Assembly: GCA_963975655.1 (NCBI GenBank)
Contig: CAXBHX010000012.1
Location: 25,875-89,874 of the forward strand
Source of the DNA: an uncultured Verrucomicrobiales bacterium
GTDB taxonomy: Bacteria; Verrucomicrobiota; Verrucomicrobiia; Verrucomicrobiales; DEV007
Direction: 5' to 3'
Length of the DNA stretch: 64,000 nt
Position numbers and translations under genes: made by a program. Below the pieces are notes generated by a model. That model saw nothing but the letters and a program-made list of their open reading frames with translations. It had not been told where the DNA came from and ran no database searches. Positions 26,207 to 34,716 of this stretch are shown here, piece after piece (the stretch's first letter is position 1; each line of letters begins with the position of its first letter).

Positions 26207-28708
26207 TTAGTTGAGGTAGCGGAACTCTGCGCTGGCGATGAGGGACTGGCAGAAGGTGATCAGGGCCAGTAGCCGGGCATCGTCCTGGGAACTGCCGGAT
26301 TCGCGGGCGGTCTTCATGAAGTTGGCGACATAGTTGTAGGTCTCTTTGCCCTCGGCCTCCGTGGGAGGACGTGAGTAGCAGCGGTAGAACGCTTCCTTCG
26401 CCAGCGCCCCGCCCCTGAGTTTAAGTTCATTGACTAGATGATCAGCCATGGAGGCGGCGCTCTTGAGGACGAACTCCGAGTTCATCATGTAGAGCGCCTG
26501 TGAGGGCACCGTGGTGACATCCCGTTTGCCTGCAATGAGGCTGGGGTCAGCGAAATCAAAGAGGGCGAGGGACTCGGGAATAACGCCGCGTAAGATGGGC
26601 AGGTAGACAGAGCGGTTGTTGCTTTCACGAGTGTAGCCAGCGGGTTGAAGCCCCCTTCCAATCATGCCGTCGCCCTGCTCGCTGACGGGTGAGCCCTCCG
26701 GACGCTCTAGGTCGAGTAGTCCGCTCACGGCCAGGGTGGCATCGCGGATGGACTCGGCGTCGAGGCGGCGCTTGTTCGTGCGCCACAGGTAGGCGTTGCT
26801 AGGATCTTTATCAAAGTAGTCGGCGCGGTAGTCCGAGCTCATCCGGTAGGTGCGACTGGATACGATTTCGCGAATGAGTCCCTTGGTTGACCAATTGTTT
26901 TCGAGGAGACGAACGGCCAGGTAGTCGAGCAGTTCAGGATGGCTGGGGGCATCCCCGGTTGTGCCGAAATTGTCGACGGTGTTGACGATGCCTTCACCCA
27001 ACAACCAGGACCACACCCGGTTGGCGTAAACGCGAGCGGTGAGGGGGTTTTCCGGAGAGGTGATCCAGTGGGCCATCTGCAGTCGACCGCTTTCATTTTC
27101 AGCAATGGGCTCTTCGTCGTGGGTTTTAATGACCTGGACGAATCCGCGTGGTACCCGTTCGGGAGTGGGGTTGTCCTCTTCGCCACGAATCAAAATCTGT
27201 GAATCAAAGGGCTCTTCGCGGTCTTGCATACCCATGGCGAGAGCTTGGGCTATTCCATTGTCGCTATAGTTGGCGATCTTGCGTTCCAGAGTCCCAATGC
27301 GGCTAGTGAGGCGTTGTGATTGCTGGCGCAGACGGATCGCCTCATCATCTCCTTCCCGGCGAAGGCGCGCGGATTCAGCAAGAAGCTCCCCCCTCTGCTC
27401 CTTGAGCGCGTGTCGCTGGAGTTCGAGATCGATCATTTCCCCGAGTGATTTGTTGTTCCCGCCTTTCACGACTGAAGGAAGCTGGACGAGCTCCGTATTC
27501 CGGCGGTTCTGCTGGTTTCTCGCGGTTCCATAGAGCGCATCGCTGCTGAGAAAGATGCCGGCCATGGCGTAGTAGTCCGACATGGGAATGGCATCGAATT
27601 TGTGATCGTGACAGCGGGCGCAGGCCGCTGTGGTCCCGAGGAAAGCCTGGGTCGTGGTGTCGATCTGTTCGTCGACGAGATCGAAACGAAACTGGCGGGC
27701 GCTGATTTCGTTGAGTCCCTTGGTGCCAATCGCGAGAAAGCCGGTAGCGGTCAAATTCTCCGCCCGGTCCTGTTCGTCATCGGTCTCGATGAGATCCCCT
27801 GCGATCTGCTCGGTGATGAACTCGTCGAACGGTTTGTCGGCATTGAAGGCGTTGATGACGTAGTCCCGATAGCGCCAGGCATGGGGGAAGGCAGCGTTGG
27901 CCTCCTTACCGGCAGATTCTGCGTAGCGGGCCACGTCAAGCCAGTGGCGGCCGAAACGTTCTCCGAATTGTGGAGAGGCCAGGAACTGGTCAACGACGTC
28001 GGAGATGGCCTTGTCAGGATCGGCCTGGTAGGCGGTGATGAAGGTTTCGACGCTGTTAGAACTCGGGGGCAGGCCGGTGAGGTCGAAGGACAGTCGCCGC
28101 AGCAGCGTGCTGGGATCAGCGTCAGGAGCTGGGGACAGTTCGTGCTCGGCTTGGCCTACCTCCACGAGTATATCGATGGAATTGCGGGCCCATTGATCAT
28201 TCTTAGTAACGGCAGCAGATGGTTTCGTCGGTACTTGATAGGCCCAGTGCTCGCGGCCTTCCTCGATATCGATGGTGTTGGTGTATTCCTGCGGGGCGGT
28301 GCCGTCTCCATCGGGCTCGCGGGGATCCGGGGCGCCCATTTCGATCCATTGTTTGATAGCGGCAATCTCGCTGTCTTCGAGTTGGTATTTAGGCGGCATC
28401 TCGAGGTCGCTGTCGCCGTAGGTCACAGCGACGTAGAGGAGACTCTCGTTGAGATCATGAGGAACCACGGCAGGGCCGCTGTCTCCGCCTGCAAGCGTAG
28501 CATGGCGAGTATCTAGGAGCAGGCCTCCTTTGATCTTGTCTCCGTCTTTGGAGTGGCATTTGAAGCAGTGCTCATCGAGCAAGGGGCGAATCTCTTTCTC
28601 GAAGAATTCGATCTGCTTTGCCGAGGGGGCTTCACTCATTTCGCTCTGCGCAAGAAGCGGTGGGGCGCAGAGTAATAGGAACGCTAAGGCGTAGGGAACT
28701 GCTCTCAT
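26207..28708 (-). CDS. PSCyt/DUF1549/DUF1553 protein (planctomycete-type cytochrome c domain plus PSD)
   Basis: 833 aa with a signal peptide, the heme motif CFKCH (FEKEIRPLLDEHCFKCHS), the DUF1549-like block LLRRLSFDLTGLPPS, and the DUF1553-like block CARCHDHKFDAIPMSDYY. Confidence 0.9.
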   Translation of the reverse strand: MRAVPYALAFLLLCAPPLLAQSEMSEAPSAKQIEFFEKEIRPLLDEHCFKCHSKDGDKIKGGLLLDTRHATLAGGDSGPAVVPHDLNESLLYVAVTYGDSDLEMPPKYQLEDSEIAAIKQWIEMGAPDPREPDGDGTAPQEYTNTIDIEEGREHWAYQVPTKPSAAVTKNDQWARNSIDILVEVGQAEHELSPAPDADPSTLLRRLSFDLTGLPPSSNSVETFITAYQADPDKAISDVVDQFLASPQFGERFGRHWLDVARYAESAGKEANAAFPHAWRYRDYVINAFNADKPFDEFITEQIAGDLIETDDEQDRAENLTATGFLAIGTKGLNEISARQFRFDLVDEQIDTTTQAFLGTTAACARCHDHKFDAIPMSDYYAMAGIFLSSDALYGTARNQQNRRNTELVQLPSVVKGGNNKSLGEMIDLELQRHALKEQRGELLAESARLRREGDDEAIRLRQQSQRLTSRIGTLERKIANYSDNGIAQALAMGMQDREEPFDSQILIRGEEDNPTPERVPRGFVQVIKTHDEEPIAENESGRLQMAHWITSPENPLTARVYANRVWSWLLGEGIVNTVDNFGTTGDAPSHPELLDYLAVRLLENNWSTKGLIREIVSSRTYRMSSDYRADYFDKDPSNAYLWRTNKRRLDAESIRDATLAVSGLLDLERPEGSPVSEQGDGMIGRGLQPAGYTRESNNRSVYLPILRGVIPESLALFDFADPSLIAGKRDVTTVPSQALYMMNSEFVLKSAASMADHLVNELKLRGGALAKEAFYRCYSRPPTEAEGKETYNYVANFMKTARESGSSQDDARLLALITFCQSLIASAEFRYLN

Positions 28709-28769
28709 GGGGGGGGTGCCTGATACAACACAGAATACACCCGGAGGTTTCGCGACCCGATGAAAAAAG

Positions 28770-29963
28770 CTAATTTAGGGGGTTCTCATACCAGAAAACA
28801 CCGAGGTGAGCCCGCTCTTCACAGGTGATGATGTCAAGGTCTCCGTCGTCGTCGAGGTCAAGCAATTCGATGCGATCAAACTTGACTCCCTCGGGGCCAC
28901 TGACGTTGGTGAATTCTGAGGAGATATTACTCATCAGTGTGCCGTGCTTTCTGCCATCAGCTTTCTCGCAGGTGATCACGAAGTCGGGTCGCTGATCTCC
29001 GTTCATGTCGGCGACCCTGACTGCTTTGGCGGTTCCGTAGCGGTCCCCGGGTATGGGCTCCAGCTCAGAAGAATTGGTCCATGGCCCGGATTCGGGCTGA
29101 TGGAGAACACGAATGATGCCGGGTTTGATGGCGGCAACGATGTCGAGGTGGTGGTCGTCGTCGAGATGAGCGAGATCGATGAACATGACTTCTTCGCCGC
29201 TCGCCCCAATGAGTCGCGGTTTTCCAAGCCAGGGGGCCTTGTCTAGAAATCGGATCAGGTAGATGCCGGCGTTTGCTCCCTTTCGGTTCGAATAGAGCAG
29301 GGACTTGGAATCAGCTGATTCGAGAACGGCAAGGGTCATGATCCAGCTGGCATCGGCGAGATGGTGCAGTGGCCACGATCTCAATTTACGAGCTTCTTCG
29401 GGACCGGGGTTTTCCAGCCAGGAAACGCTGGCGCCCGCACTCTTGGATCCCAGGATCAAATCCGTGTCGCCATCAGAATCGACATCGTGAGGCAAGCAGA
29501 ACATCCATGCTTGAAGCTGTTTGGTGGCGGGAATGGCTTCGGTGGTCCAGAGGGCTTCATCGGTAATGTCCTCTATTGATGAAGGCGCCCAATGCACAAA
29601 AACCGTTCTGGTCTTGCCTTCGGTCGAAGTGATGACGTCGAGAACACCATTGCCATCGAGATCAGCGAAGACGGCATCTTCAGCACTTTTGACCCGGCCC
29701 ACAGTGAATCCTGGCCAGGGGGACTTTGCCCCCTCAGCGCCCGGATTCAGACAAACCCGGATCGCGTTTCCTTCCTCCCAACCCGTCACGATATCGGGCA
29801 ATCCATCCTGGTTGATATCGCCCAGTCTGACCCCATCAGCTCCTTGTTTGCCCTCATCGACGCTGGCCGCGTCGATCGTGTGCCGCTGCCAGAATTCGCC
29901 TGCAGTTGCGCTTGTTACAAGAGCTGTAAAGGCGGCAAGAAGGAAGGCAGGGAGGGTTTTCAT
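28770..29963 (-). CDS. FG-GAP/VCBS repeat protein
   Basis: 397 aa with a signal peptide and repeated Ca-binding-like DxDxDG loops (GDINQDGLPDIV, ADLDGNGVLDVI, DVDSDGDTDLI, LDDDHHLDIV, DMNGDQRPDFV, DLDDDGDLDII). Confidence 0.8.
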   Translation of the reverse strand: MKTLPAFLLAAFTALVTSATAGEFWQRHTIDAASVDEGKQGADGVRLGDINQDGLPDIVTGWEEGNAIRVCLNPGAEGAKSPWPGFTVGRVKSAEDAVFADLDGNGVLDVITSTEGKTRTVFVHWAPSSIEDITDEALWTTEAIPATKQLQAWMFCLPHDVDSDGDTDLILGSKSAGASVSWLENPGPEEARKLRSWPLHHLADASWIMTLAVLESADSKSLLYSNRKGANAGIYLIRFLDKAPWLGKPRLIGASGEEVMFIDLAHLDDDHHLDIVAAIKPGIIRVLHQPESGPWTNSSELEPIPGDRYGTAKAVRVADMNGDQRPDFVITCEKADGRKHGTLMSNISSEFTNVSGPEGVKFDRIELLDLDDDGDLDIITCEERAHLGVFWYENPLN

Positions 29964-30015
29964 TGTCAGAATAGGAGATTATCGTCATGGTGACTTTCGA
30001 GGTCTGACCTTGTCC

Positions 30016-32370
30016 ATGAGAATTCCTTCTTTTCTGCGCCTGATTCTAACTGTTGCTGTATTTTCGATCTCGGAGGTGAGCGGGAAGGATTCCGAGAGTG
30101 AATACGATCCGTTCTCCGATGAGGCGCAAAAAGCAGTCGAAGAGGCTCTGAAAGCCGAAGAGCCTCAGCCAGTGCAGTATCTGGAGCCTGGTCAGGTTCA
30201 GAAACTGAATGTTTTGGTGGAGCCTTCCCTGGTAACGATACGGCAGTTGGGGCGGGATGGAGAGAGTCGTGGAACCGGTTCTGGATTCATCGTATCAAAG
30301 GACGGGCTCATCGTAACCAATCTGCACGTGATCGGGGAAGGCAGGTCGATCGAGGTCGAGTTGACTGACGGGACAATTCATCCCGTCATTGAGGTTCATG
30401 CTTCCGACCGGCACTACGACTTGGCTGTCGTCAGGATTGATCCGGGGAGCACTCATCTGAAGCCTTTAAAGGTGGCTGATTCGGATACCATTCAACAAGG
30501 CGAGCTGATCGTGGGCTTTGGCGCACCTCAGGGGCTCAGTTTCAGCGTGGTGGCAGGGGTGATATCAGCCATTCGAAAGCTGGATCCTGGATTTATCGGA
30601 GAAGGTGAGACACCTGATTACCCTATGCTGCAATTGGCGATGCCCATCGAGCAGGGAAACAGCGGAGGACCAATTCTGAGCCTGGAAGGCGAAGTTCTGG
30701 GGGTCGTCACTCTCAAGCACCGGGTCACCAAGAATCTGGGCTTTGCTGTTCCGAGTAATGATCTGACCGCTCTCCTCGAGAAACCAAACCCGGTTCCGAT
30801 CAGTCGCTGGAGAACGATAGGCGTGATCGACTCTCGCCAATGGACGCCGATCATGGGAGGTGACTGGACTCAGCGAGGAGGAGTGATCACAGCGCGCCAA
30901 ATGGGAGATGGGTTTGGAGGTCGTGCTTTATGCCTCTCCAGAGAGAAGGTTCCTGAGGTTCCTTACGAGATTTCAGTTCAAGTCCGTTTGAATGACGAAT
31001 CAGGTGCTTCGGGGTTAACCTTTGCCTCTGACGGTAAGGATAAACACTATGGTTTTTATCCCAGTGGGGGAAAAATGAGATTGACCCGATTTGATGGACC
31101 TGACGTCTATAGTTGGTCGATTCTGGAGCAGTTTGAGGCACCCTCATATGAACCCGGTGAATGGAATTTGCTGCGTGTAAGAGTGGAAGAGCAAGCCATC
31201 ATCGGCTGGGTGAATGGTGAAAAAGTTCTCGAACTCGAAGACAGCGGGCTGAGAGGCGGTCGAGTGGGTTTGTGCAAATTCAGAGAGACCGAGGCCGAAT
31301 TTCGCGGGTTTGAGATTGGAAAAGCACTTGGAAAAGAAAGCTTTCCCGAAAGTGAGCGGGAGAGGCTCGATGAGATGATCTCGAGGATTACTGACGGGGA
31401 AGACTCTGCTGCCATTGCCATGGAGCTGAGCCGCGAGGGCAGCCATGGGCGTGCCATGCTGCTGGATAAGGCAGAAGAACTCGTAGAGCTTGCCCAAAGG
31501 CTTCGAGAGATGGAGGGGAGTGTTCACCGTCAGATGGTGATCAACGAGCTGACGGCGCTTCTGGATAAGCCGGAGAAAAACGTGGATCTATTCGAGGTGG
31601 GGCTTCAAATCGCCCGCATTGATGATCCTGAGCTCGATCTAGACCACTACCGCAATGCTTTCGACCGACTCGTGGCTGATGCCCGTCTTTATCTCGATAA
31701 GCACGCTCTCGAAGGTAGCGTCAGAGAACAATCGGAAGCTCTTAGAAATTTTCTCTTCAAAGAGAACGGGTTTCATGGAAGCCGTACCGAGTATTATCAT
31801 CATGCTAACAGCTATGTGAACCACGTGCTGGACGATAGGGAAGGGCTTCCGATCACCCTCAGCGTGGTTTTTGTTGAGATGGCCCGGAGATTGCGCATTC
31901 CAGGTGTATTCGGCGCGCCGTTACCAGGCAAGTTCATGGTGGGGGTCAAACTGGGGGATGAGGGCTCGAAGAAGGCCTTCTTTATTGATGTTTACGAGAG
32001 CGGTAAAATACTGAGCCATTCTCAAGTGGTTCGCGAGGTATGGGGGATGATCGGGCAGGCACCGAAGAAGGAAACGTTCGAACCTGCCGGTTCCCGCGAT
32101 ATAGCAGTGAGGATGCTGCGAAACCTCGTCGATATTGAAATCAATCGCAGGCAGATGCCGGCCGCGGCAAAGGACTACATCGAGCTGTTACTTGCGATTG
32201 AGCCCAATTCAGCTCAGGAGCGCTTTCAGAGGGCTCTACTGAGGATACAGGGAAAGGACATGGATGGGGCCAGGAGCGACCTGGATTGGCTCCTGGAGAA
32301 CCAGCCACCTGGTATTGACTATTCCAGGCTCGAGAGCTTCCGCAGGACTCTTCCGTTGCAAGAGGAGTGA
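30016..32370 (+). CDS. three-domain secreted protein: HtrA-like S1 protease, LamG/DUF1080-like beta-sandwich and SirB1-like transglutaminase/TPR domain
   Basis: I moved the start to the ATG at 30016-30018 (MRIPSFLRLILTVAVFSISEVSG). The upstream 165 codons of the track ORF are antisense to the FG-GAP gene. Triad contexts are VTNLHV, HYDLAVVRI and QGNSGGPI. The middle domain contains GEWNLLRVRVEEQAIIGWVNGEKV. The C-terminus (EGLPITLSVVFVEMARRLRIPG ... ELLLAIEPNSAQERFQRALL) resembles SirB1/YchA. Confidence 0.8.
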   Translation: MRIPSFLRLILTVAVFSISEVSGKDSESEYDPFSDEAQKAVEEALKAEEPQPVQYLEPGQVQKLNVLVEPSLVTIRQLGRDGESRGTGSGFIVSKDGLIVTNLHVIGEGRSIEVELTDGTIHPVIEVHASDRHYDLAVVRIDPGSTHLKPLKVADSDTIQQGELIVGFGAPQGLSFSVVAGVISAIRKLDPGFIGEGETPDYPMLQLAMPIEQGNSGGPILSLEGEVLGVVTLKHRVTKNLGFAVPSNDLTALLEKPNPVPISRWRTIGVIDSRQWTPIMGGDWTQRGGVITARQMGDGFGGRALCLSREKVPEVPYEISVQVRLNDESGASGLTFASDGKDKHYGFYPSGGKMRLTRFDGPDVYSWSILEQFEAPSYEPGEWNLLRVRVEEQAIIGWVNGEKVLELEDSGLRGGRVGLCKFRETEAEFRGFEIGKALGKESFPESERERLDEMISRITDGEDSAAIAMELSREGSHGRAMLLDKAEELVELAQRLREMEGSVHRQMVINELTALLDKPEKNVDLFEVGLQIARIDDPELDLDHYRNAFDRLVADARLYLDKHALEGSVREQSEALRNFLFKENGFHGSRTEYYHHANSYVNHVLDDREGLPITLSVVFVEMARRLRIPGVFGAPLPGKFMVGVKLGDEGSKKAFFIDVYESGKILSHSQVVREVWGMIGQAPKKETFEPAGSRDIAVRMLRNLVDIEINRRQMPAAAKDYIELLLAIEPNSAQERFQRALLRIQGKDMDGARSDLDWLLENQPPGIDYSRLESFRRTLPLQEE

Positions 32371-32410
32371 GTCGATCTGTTTTCGTCGATCGCCGTCCGC
32401 TGAGCGGCAA

Positions 32411-32442
32411 AACGAAAAAAGCCGCACTCCGTTAGGAGGGCG
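32411..32442 (-). terminator. possible terminator after rplQ
   Basis: On the minus strand: cgccctcc-taac-ggagtgcg (one mismatch) followed by gcttttttcgtttt. It lies 46 nt downstream of the rplQ stop. Confidence 0.4.
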
Positions 32443-32487
32443 ACTTTTCGAAATTGTGGATCTTCTTTGAACGAAGAGGCCGAGAGT

Positions 32488-32895
32488 TTAGCTCTCGGCT
32501 GTAGCGGCTTCAGAATCAGCAGCAACGGGAGAATCAACCCACTCGATCAGCGCCATGGGCGCTGAGTCTGAGCGGCGCTGTCCCAGCTTGATGATACGGG
32601 TGTAACCGCCCTGACGATCGGAGCTGGCTGGCGCCAGGTCGTCGAAAAGAACTTTAACACTACGCTGAGCCAACTCATTGCTGCCGAGAAGGGCAATCGC
32701 ACGACGGCGACTGTGGAGCGTATTCTTTTTGCCAAGCGTCACGAGCTTGTCAGCGAAAGGTCGCAGAGCCTTGGCCTTGGCCAGGGTCGTGCTAATTTGC
32801 CGATGCTCAATGAGGCTGCTGGCAAGATTGCGGAGCAAAGCCTCGCGATGGGGCTTACTGCGCTGGAGTTTGACAGTCTTACTTCGGTGTCTCAT
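32488..32895 (-). CDS. rplQ: 50S ribosomal protein L17
   Basis: 135 aa. MRHRSKTVKLQRSKPHREALLRNLASSLIEHRQISTTLAKAKALRPFADKLVTLGK is canonical L17. Confidence 0.95.
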   Translation of the reverse strand: MRHRSKTVKLQRSKPHREALLRNLASSLIEHRQISTTLAKAKALRPFADKLVTLGKKNTLHSRRRAIALLGSNELAQRSVKVLFDDLAPASSDRQGGYTRIIKLGQRRSDSAPMALIEWVDSPVAADSEAATAES

Positions 32896-32964
32896 CTGAA
32901 AAGATAGGTTAAGAACAATTCCGGGTTAAAAGGTTTATTCCAACCCGGAGAAAAGTCAGTGTAT

Positions 32965-34041
32965 TCAGTCGTTGATGTTCTGGGCGATAAGAGCGGCCAA
33001 ACCTGGTCCCTCTGCGGCACGGTCTCCACCAAGGAGCGTTGCTGTGAAAGGCTGCTCGAGCAGGCTTGGATCGATCTGCATTCCGAGAGAAAGGCCGAGC
33101 TCGTGGAGCTTGTCTTTGATCTCGTTGAGAGACTTCTTACCGAAGTTACGATACTTGAGCATCTCGGCTTCGGACTTCATCGCCAGCTGACCCACGGTCG
33201 TGATGTTGGCGTTGTTAAGGCAGTTAGCTGCACGGACAGAAAGCTCGATCTCGTTGACGCTCATGTTGAGCAACTTCTTAAGTTCGGCGTTCTCTTCGCT
33301 CTGAGTCTCCGGACGATCTTCGATATTGATCGCGTCGTCGTCGTAGTTGACGAACACGTCAAGGTGGTGACGGAGAATCGCAGAAGCCTGAAGAAGGGCG
33401 TCGTGCGGCTCGACTCGGCCATCAGTCCAGATTTCCATGTTCACCTTGTCGTAGTCGGTGCGCTGACCAACACGAGTGTTCTCGACGCCATACTTGACGC
33501 GACGAACAGGGGAAAAGATAGAGTCGATCGGAATGACACCAATCGGCATATCAGGATGCTTATTGTCTTCAGCGGTATTGAACCCGCGACCTACGCGAAT
33601 TTCCATCTCAAGATTAAACTTCGTGTTCCGGTCCAACGTGCAGATGTGCTGATCCTTGTTCACGATCTCATATTGAGAAATCTCCTGAATGTCACCAGCA
33701 GTGATGGCACCGGCTTTGTCGACGGTAATTGAAAGTGTAGCAGGATCCTTGTCTTCGAAGTGCTTGAAGCGGATTTGCTTCAGGTTGAGAACGATGTCGG
33801 TAACATCTTCAACCACGCCTGGAAGTGACGAAAACTCGTGCTGAGCTCCGGCGATGCGCACGGAAGTGATCGATGCTCCCTCAAGAGAGGAAAGAAGGAC
33901 GCGGCGGAGACTGTTGCCGATGGTGTGTCCAAAACCAGCCTCAAAGGGCTCTGCCGAGAATCTGGCGTAGGTTTCGGTGGCGGTATCTTCGTCCTTTACA
34001 AGACGATCTGGGATCTCAAACGGAGCAAGTGATTTTGACAT
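32965..34041 (-). CDS. rpoA: DNA-directed RNA polymerase alpha subunit
   Basis: 358 aa with an N-terminal dimerisation domain (FGHTIGNSLRRVLLSSLEGASITSVRI) and a C-terminal domain (LELSVRAANCLNNANITTVGQL). Confidence 0.97.
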   Translation of the reverse strand: MSKSLAPFEIPDRLVKDEDTATETYARFSAEPFEAGFGHTIGNSLRRVLLSSLEGASITSVRIAGAQHEFSSLPGVVEDVTDIVLNLKQIRFKHFEDKDPATLSITVDKAGAITAGDIQEISQYEIVNKDQHICTLDRNTKFNLEMEIRVGRGFNTAEDNKHPDMPIGVIPIDSIFSPVRRVKYGVENTRVGQRTDYDKVNMEIWTDGRVEPHDALLQASAILRHHLDVFVNYDDDAINIEDRPETQSEENAELKKLLNMSVNEIELSVRAANCLNNANITTVGQLAMKSEAEMLKYRNFGKKSLNEIKDKLHELGLSLGMQIDPSLLEQPFTATLLGGDRAAEGPGLAALIAQNIND

Positions 34042-34218
34042 GGATGCTTTTGGGTAGCCGGGTTTCCCTAGGGTAGAGCTTGAACCTTTTCTGCAAACAC
34101 AGAAAATACCTCAGGACCGACGGCAGTTTTCAAGTGGCTCGGGCGCGGAATATGGTGGTTCCTACGGGAAAGTAAACCGTTTTTTTCCAGCCTGGCGGGG
34201 GCGTCTCAGCTGAAGATG

Positions 34219-34246
34219 CGAAAACCCCCGCAGAAAACTGCGGGGG
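34219..34246 (-). terminator. rho-independent terminator
   Basis: On the minus strand: cccccgcag-tttt-ctgcggggg followed by ttttcgc. It lies 58 nt downstream of the small ORF stop (34304). Confidence 0.7.
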
Positions 34247-34303
34247 CTTCAACAAAACCCAAAGCTTTTGGTCAGTCAGAACTGACTCGTATAAGCTGGT
34301 GGA

Positions 34304-34612
34304 TTACTTCTCGGACCGTCTGTGTAAAGCAGATTGGGTTTCAGTCAGGGAAGAAGGGGGGGGTGTAGATCGCCCGTCAGCCGTTAAAGGCTTCTTTGGG
34401 TTGGGCGCTTGAGACGATACCATGGGGGATTTTGATCGGTTGATTCCGGCGTGCCAGAATTTTGAACCGCTGTCTTTCTCCCAGGTATTGGCGTCCCAAT
34501 AGTTATGGAAGGGGGCCTTCACGGCCGAGTTTGTTTTCGTTTCCTGATCGGAAGCGAATCCTTGCTGGGCAAGAATGCCAAGCAACAGAGCTGTGTGAAG
34601 ATATCCTTTCAT
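34304..34612 (-). CDS. small secreted protein of unknown function
   Basis: 102 aa with the signal peptide MKGYLHTALLLGILAQQGFA/SDQ and a Trp-rich mature N-terminus (HNYWDANTWEKDSGSKFWH), then a Pro/Ser-rich tail. A promoter-like element upstream and a strong terminator downstream bracket it. Confidence 0.5.
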   Translation of the reverse strand: MKGYLHTALLLGILAQQGFASDQETKTNSAVKAPFHNYWDANTWEKDSGSKFWHAGINRSKSPMVSSQAPNPKKPLTADGRSTPPPSSLTETQSALHRRSEK

Positions 34613-34647
34613 AAATCTTTGTCATCCAGAGTGTCTGGAGACAGCAA

Positions 34648-34675
34648 AGTTTATGGAAATTATAATAATTGTCAA
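34648..34675 (-). promoter_or_regulatory. sigma70-like promoter candidate for the small secreted protein gene
   Basis: On the minus strand: TTGACA (34670-34675), 16-nt spacer, TAAACT (34648-34653). It is followed by the palindrome tccaga-cac-tctgga, before the ATG at 34612. The consensus comes from E. coli-type promoters; whether it transfers to this phylum is uncertain. Confidence 0.35.
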
Positions 34676-34716
34676 TAATATAACTCTAACTATTTACACT
34701 TCTTTAATTTCAGGCT

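Noticed and set aside
27602-28516. 304-aa plus-strand ORF antisense to the PSCyt/DUF1553 gene. Shorter antisense ORFs inside the RND gene (for example 6909-7391, 7960-8394, 8358-8801) are the same kind of object.
   Set aside because: They lie wholly within strongly supported genes on the other strand. They are rich in Gly/Val/Arg/Ser, which is typical of non-coding frames.
28709-28716. G8 homopolymer abutting the PSCyt gene start codon, considered as a phase-variation tract.
   Set aside because: Roughly 3-4 G/C runs of 8 are expected by chance in 64 kb at this composition. Without read-level length heterogeneity it is not evidence of phase variation. It is noted under the cluster finding only.
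29521-30015. The upstream 165 codons of the 949-aa track ORF, which would overlap the FG-GAP gene by about 440 nt.
   Set aside because: This part is Ser/Pro/Ala-rich and antisense to a well-supported gene. The in-frame Met at 30016 is followed by a classical signal peptide, so I used the shorter gene model.
32959-33732. 257-aa plus-strand ORF antisense to rpoA.
   Set aside because: rpoA on the minus strand is unambiguous. The antisense frame has shadow-ORF composition and no start context or recognisable domain.
34199-34215. Shared 11-mer ggcgtctcagc, also present at ~61850, considered as a dispersed repeat.
   Set aside because: Hundreds of 11-mer coincidences are expected by chance in a 64-kb window when both strands are counted, and the flanks do not align.
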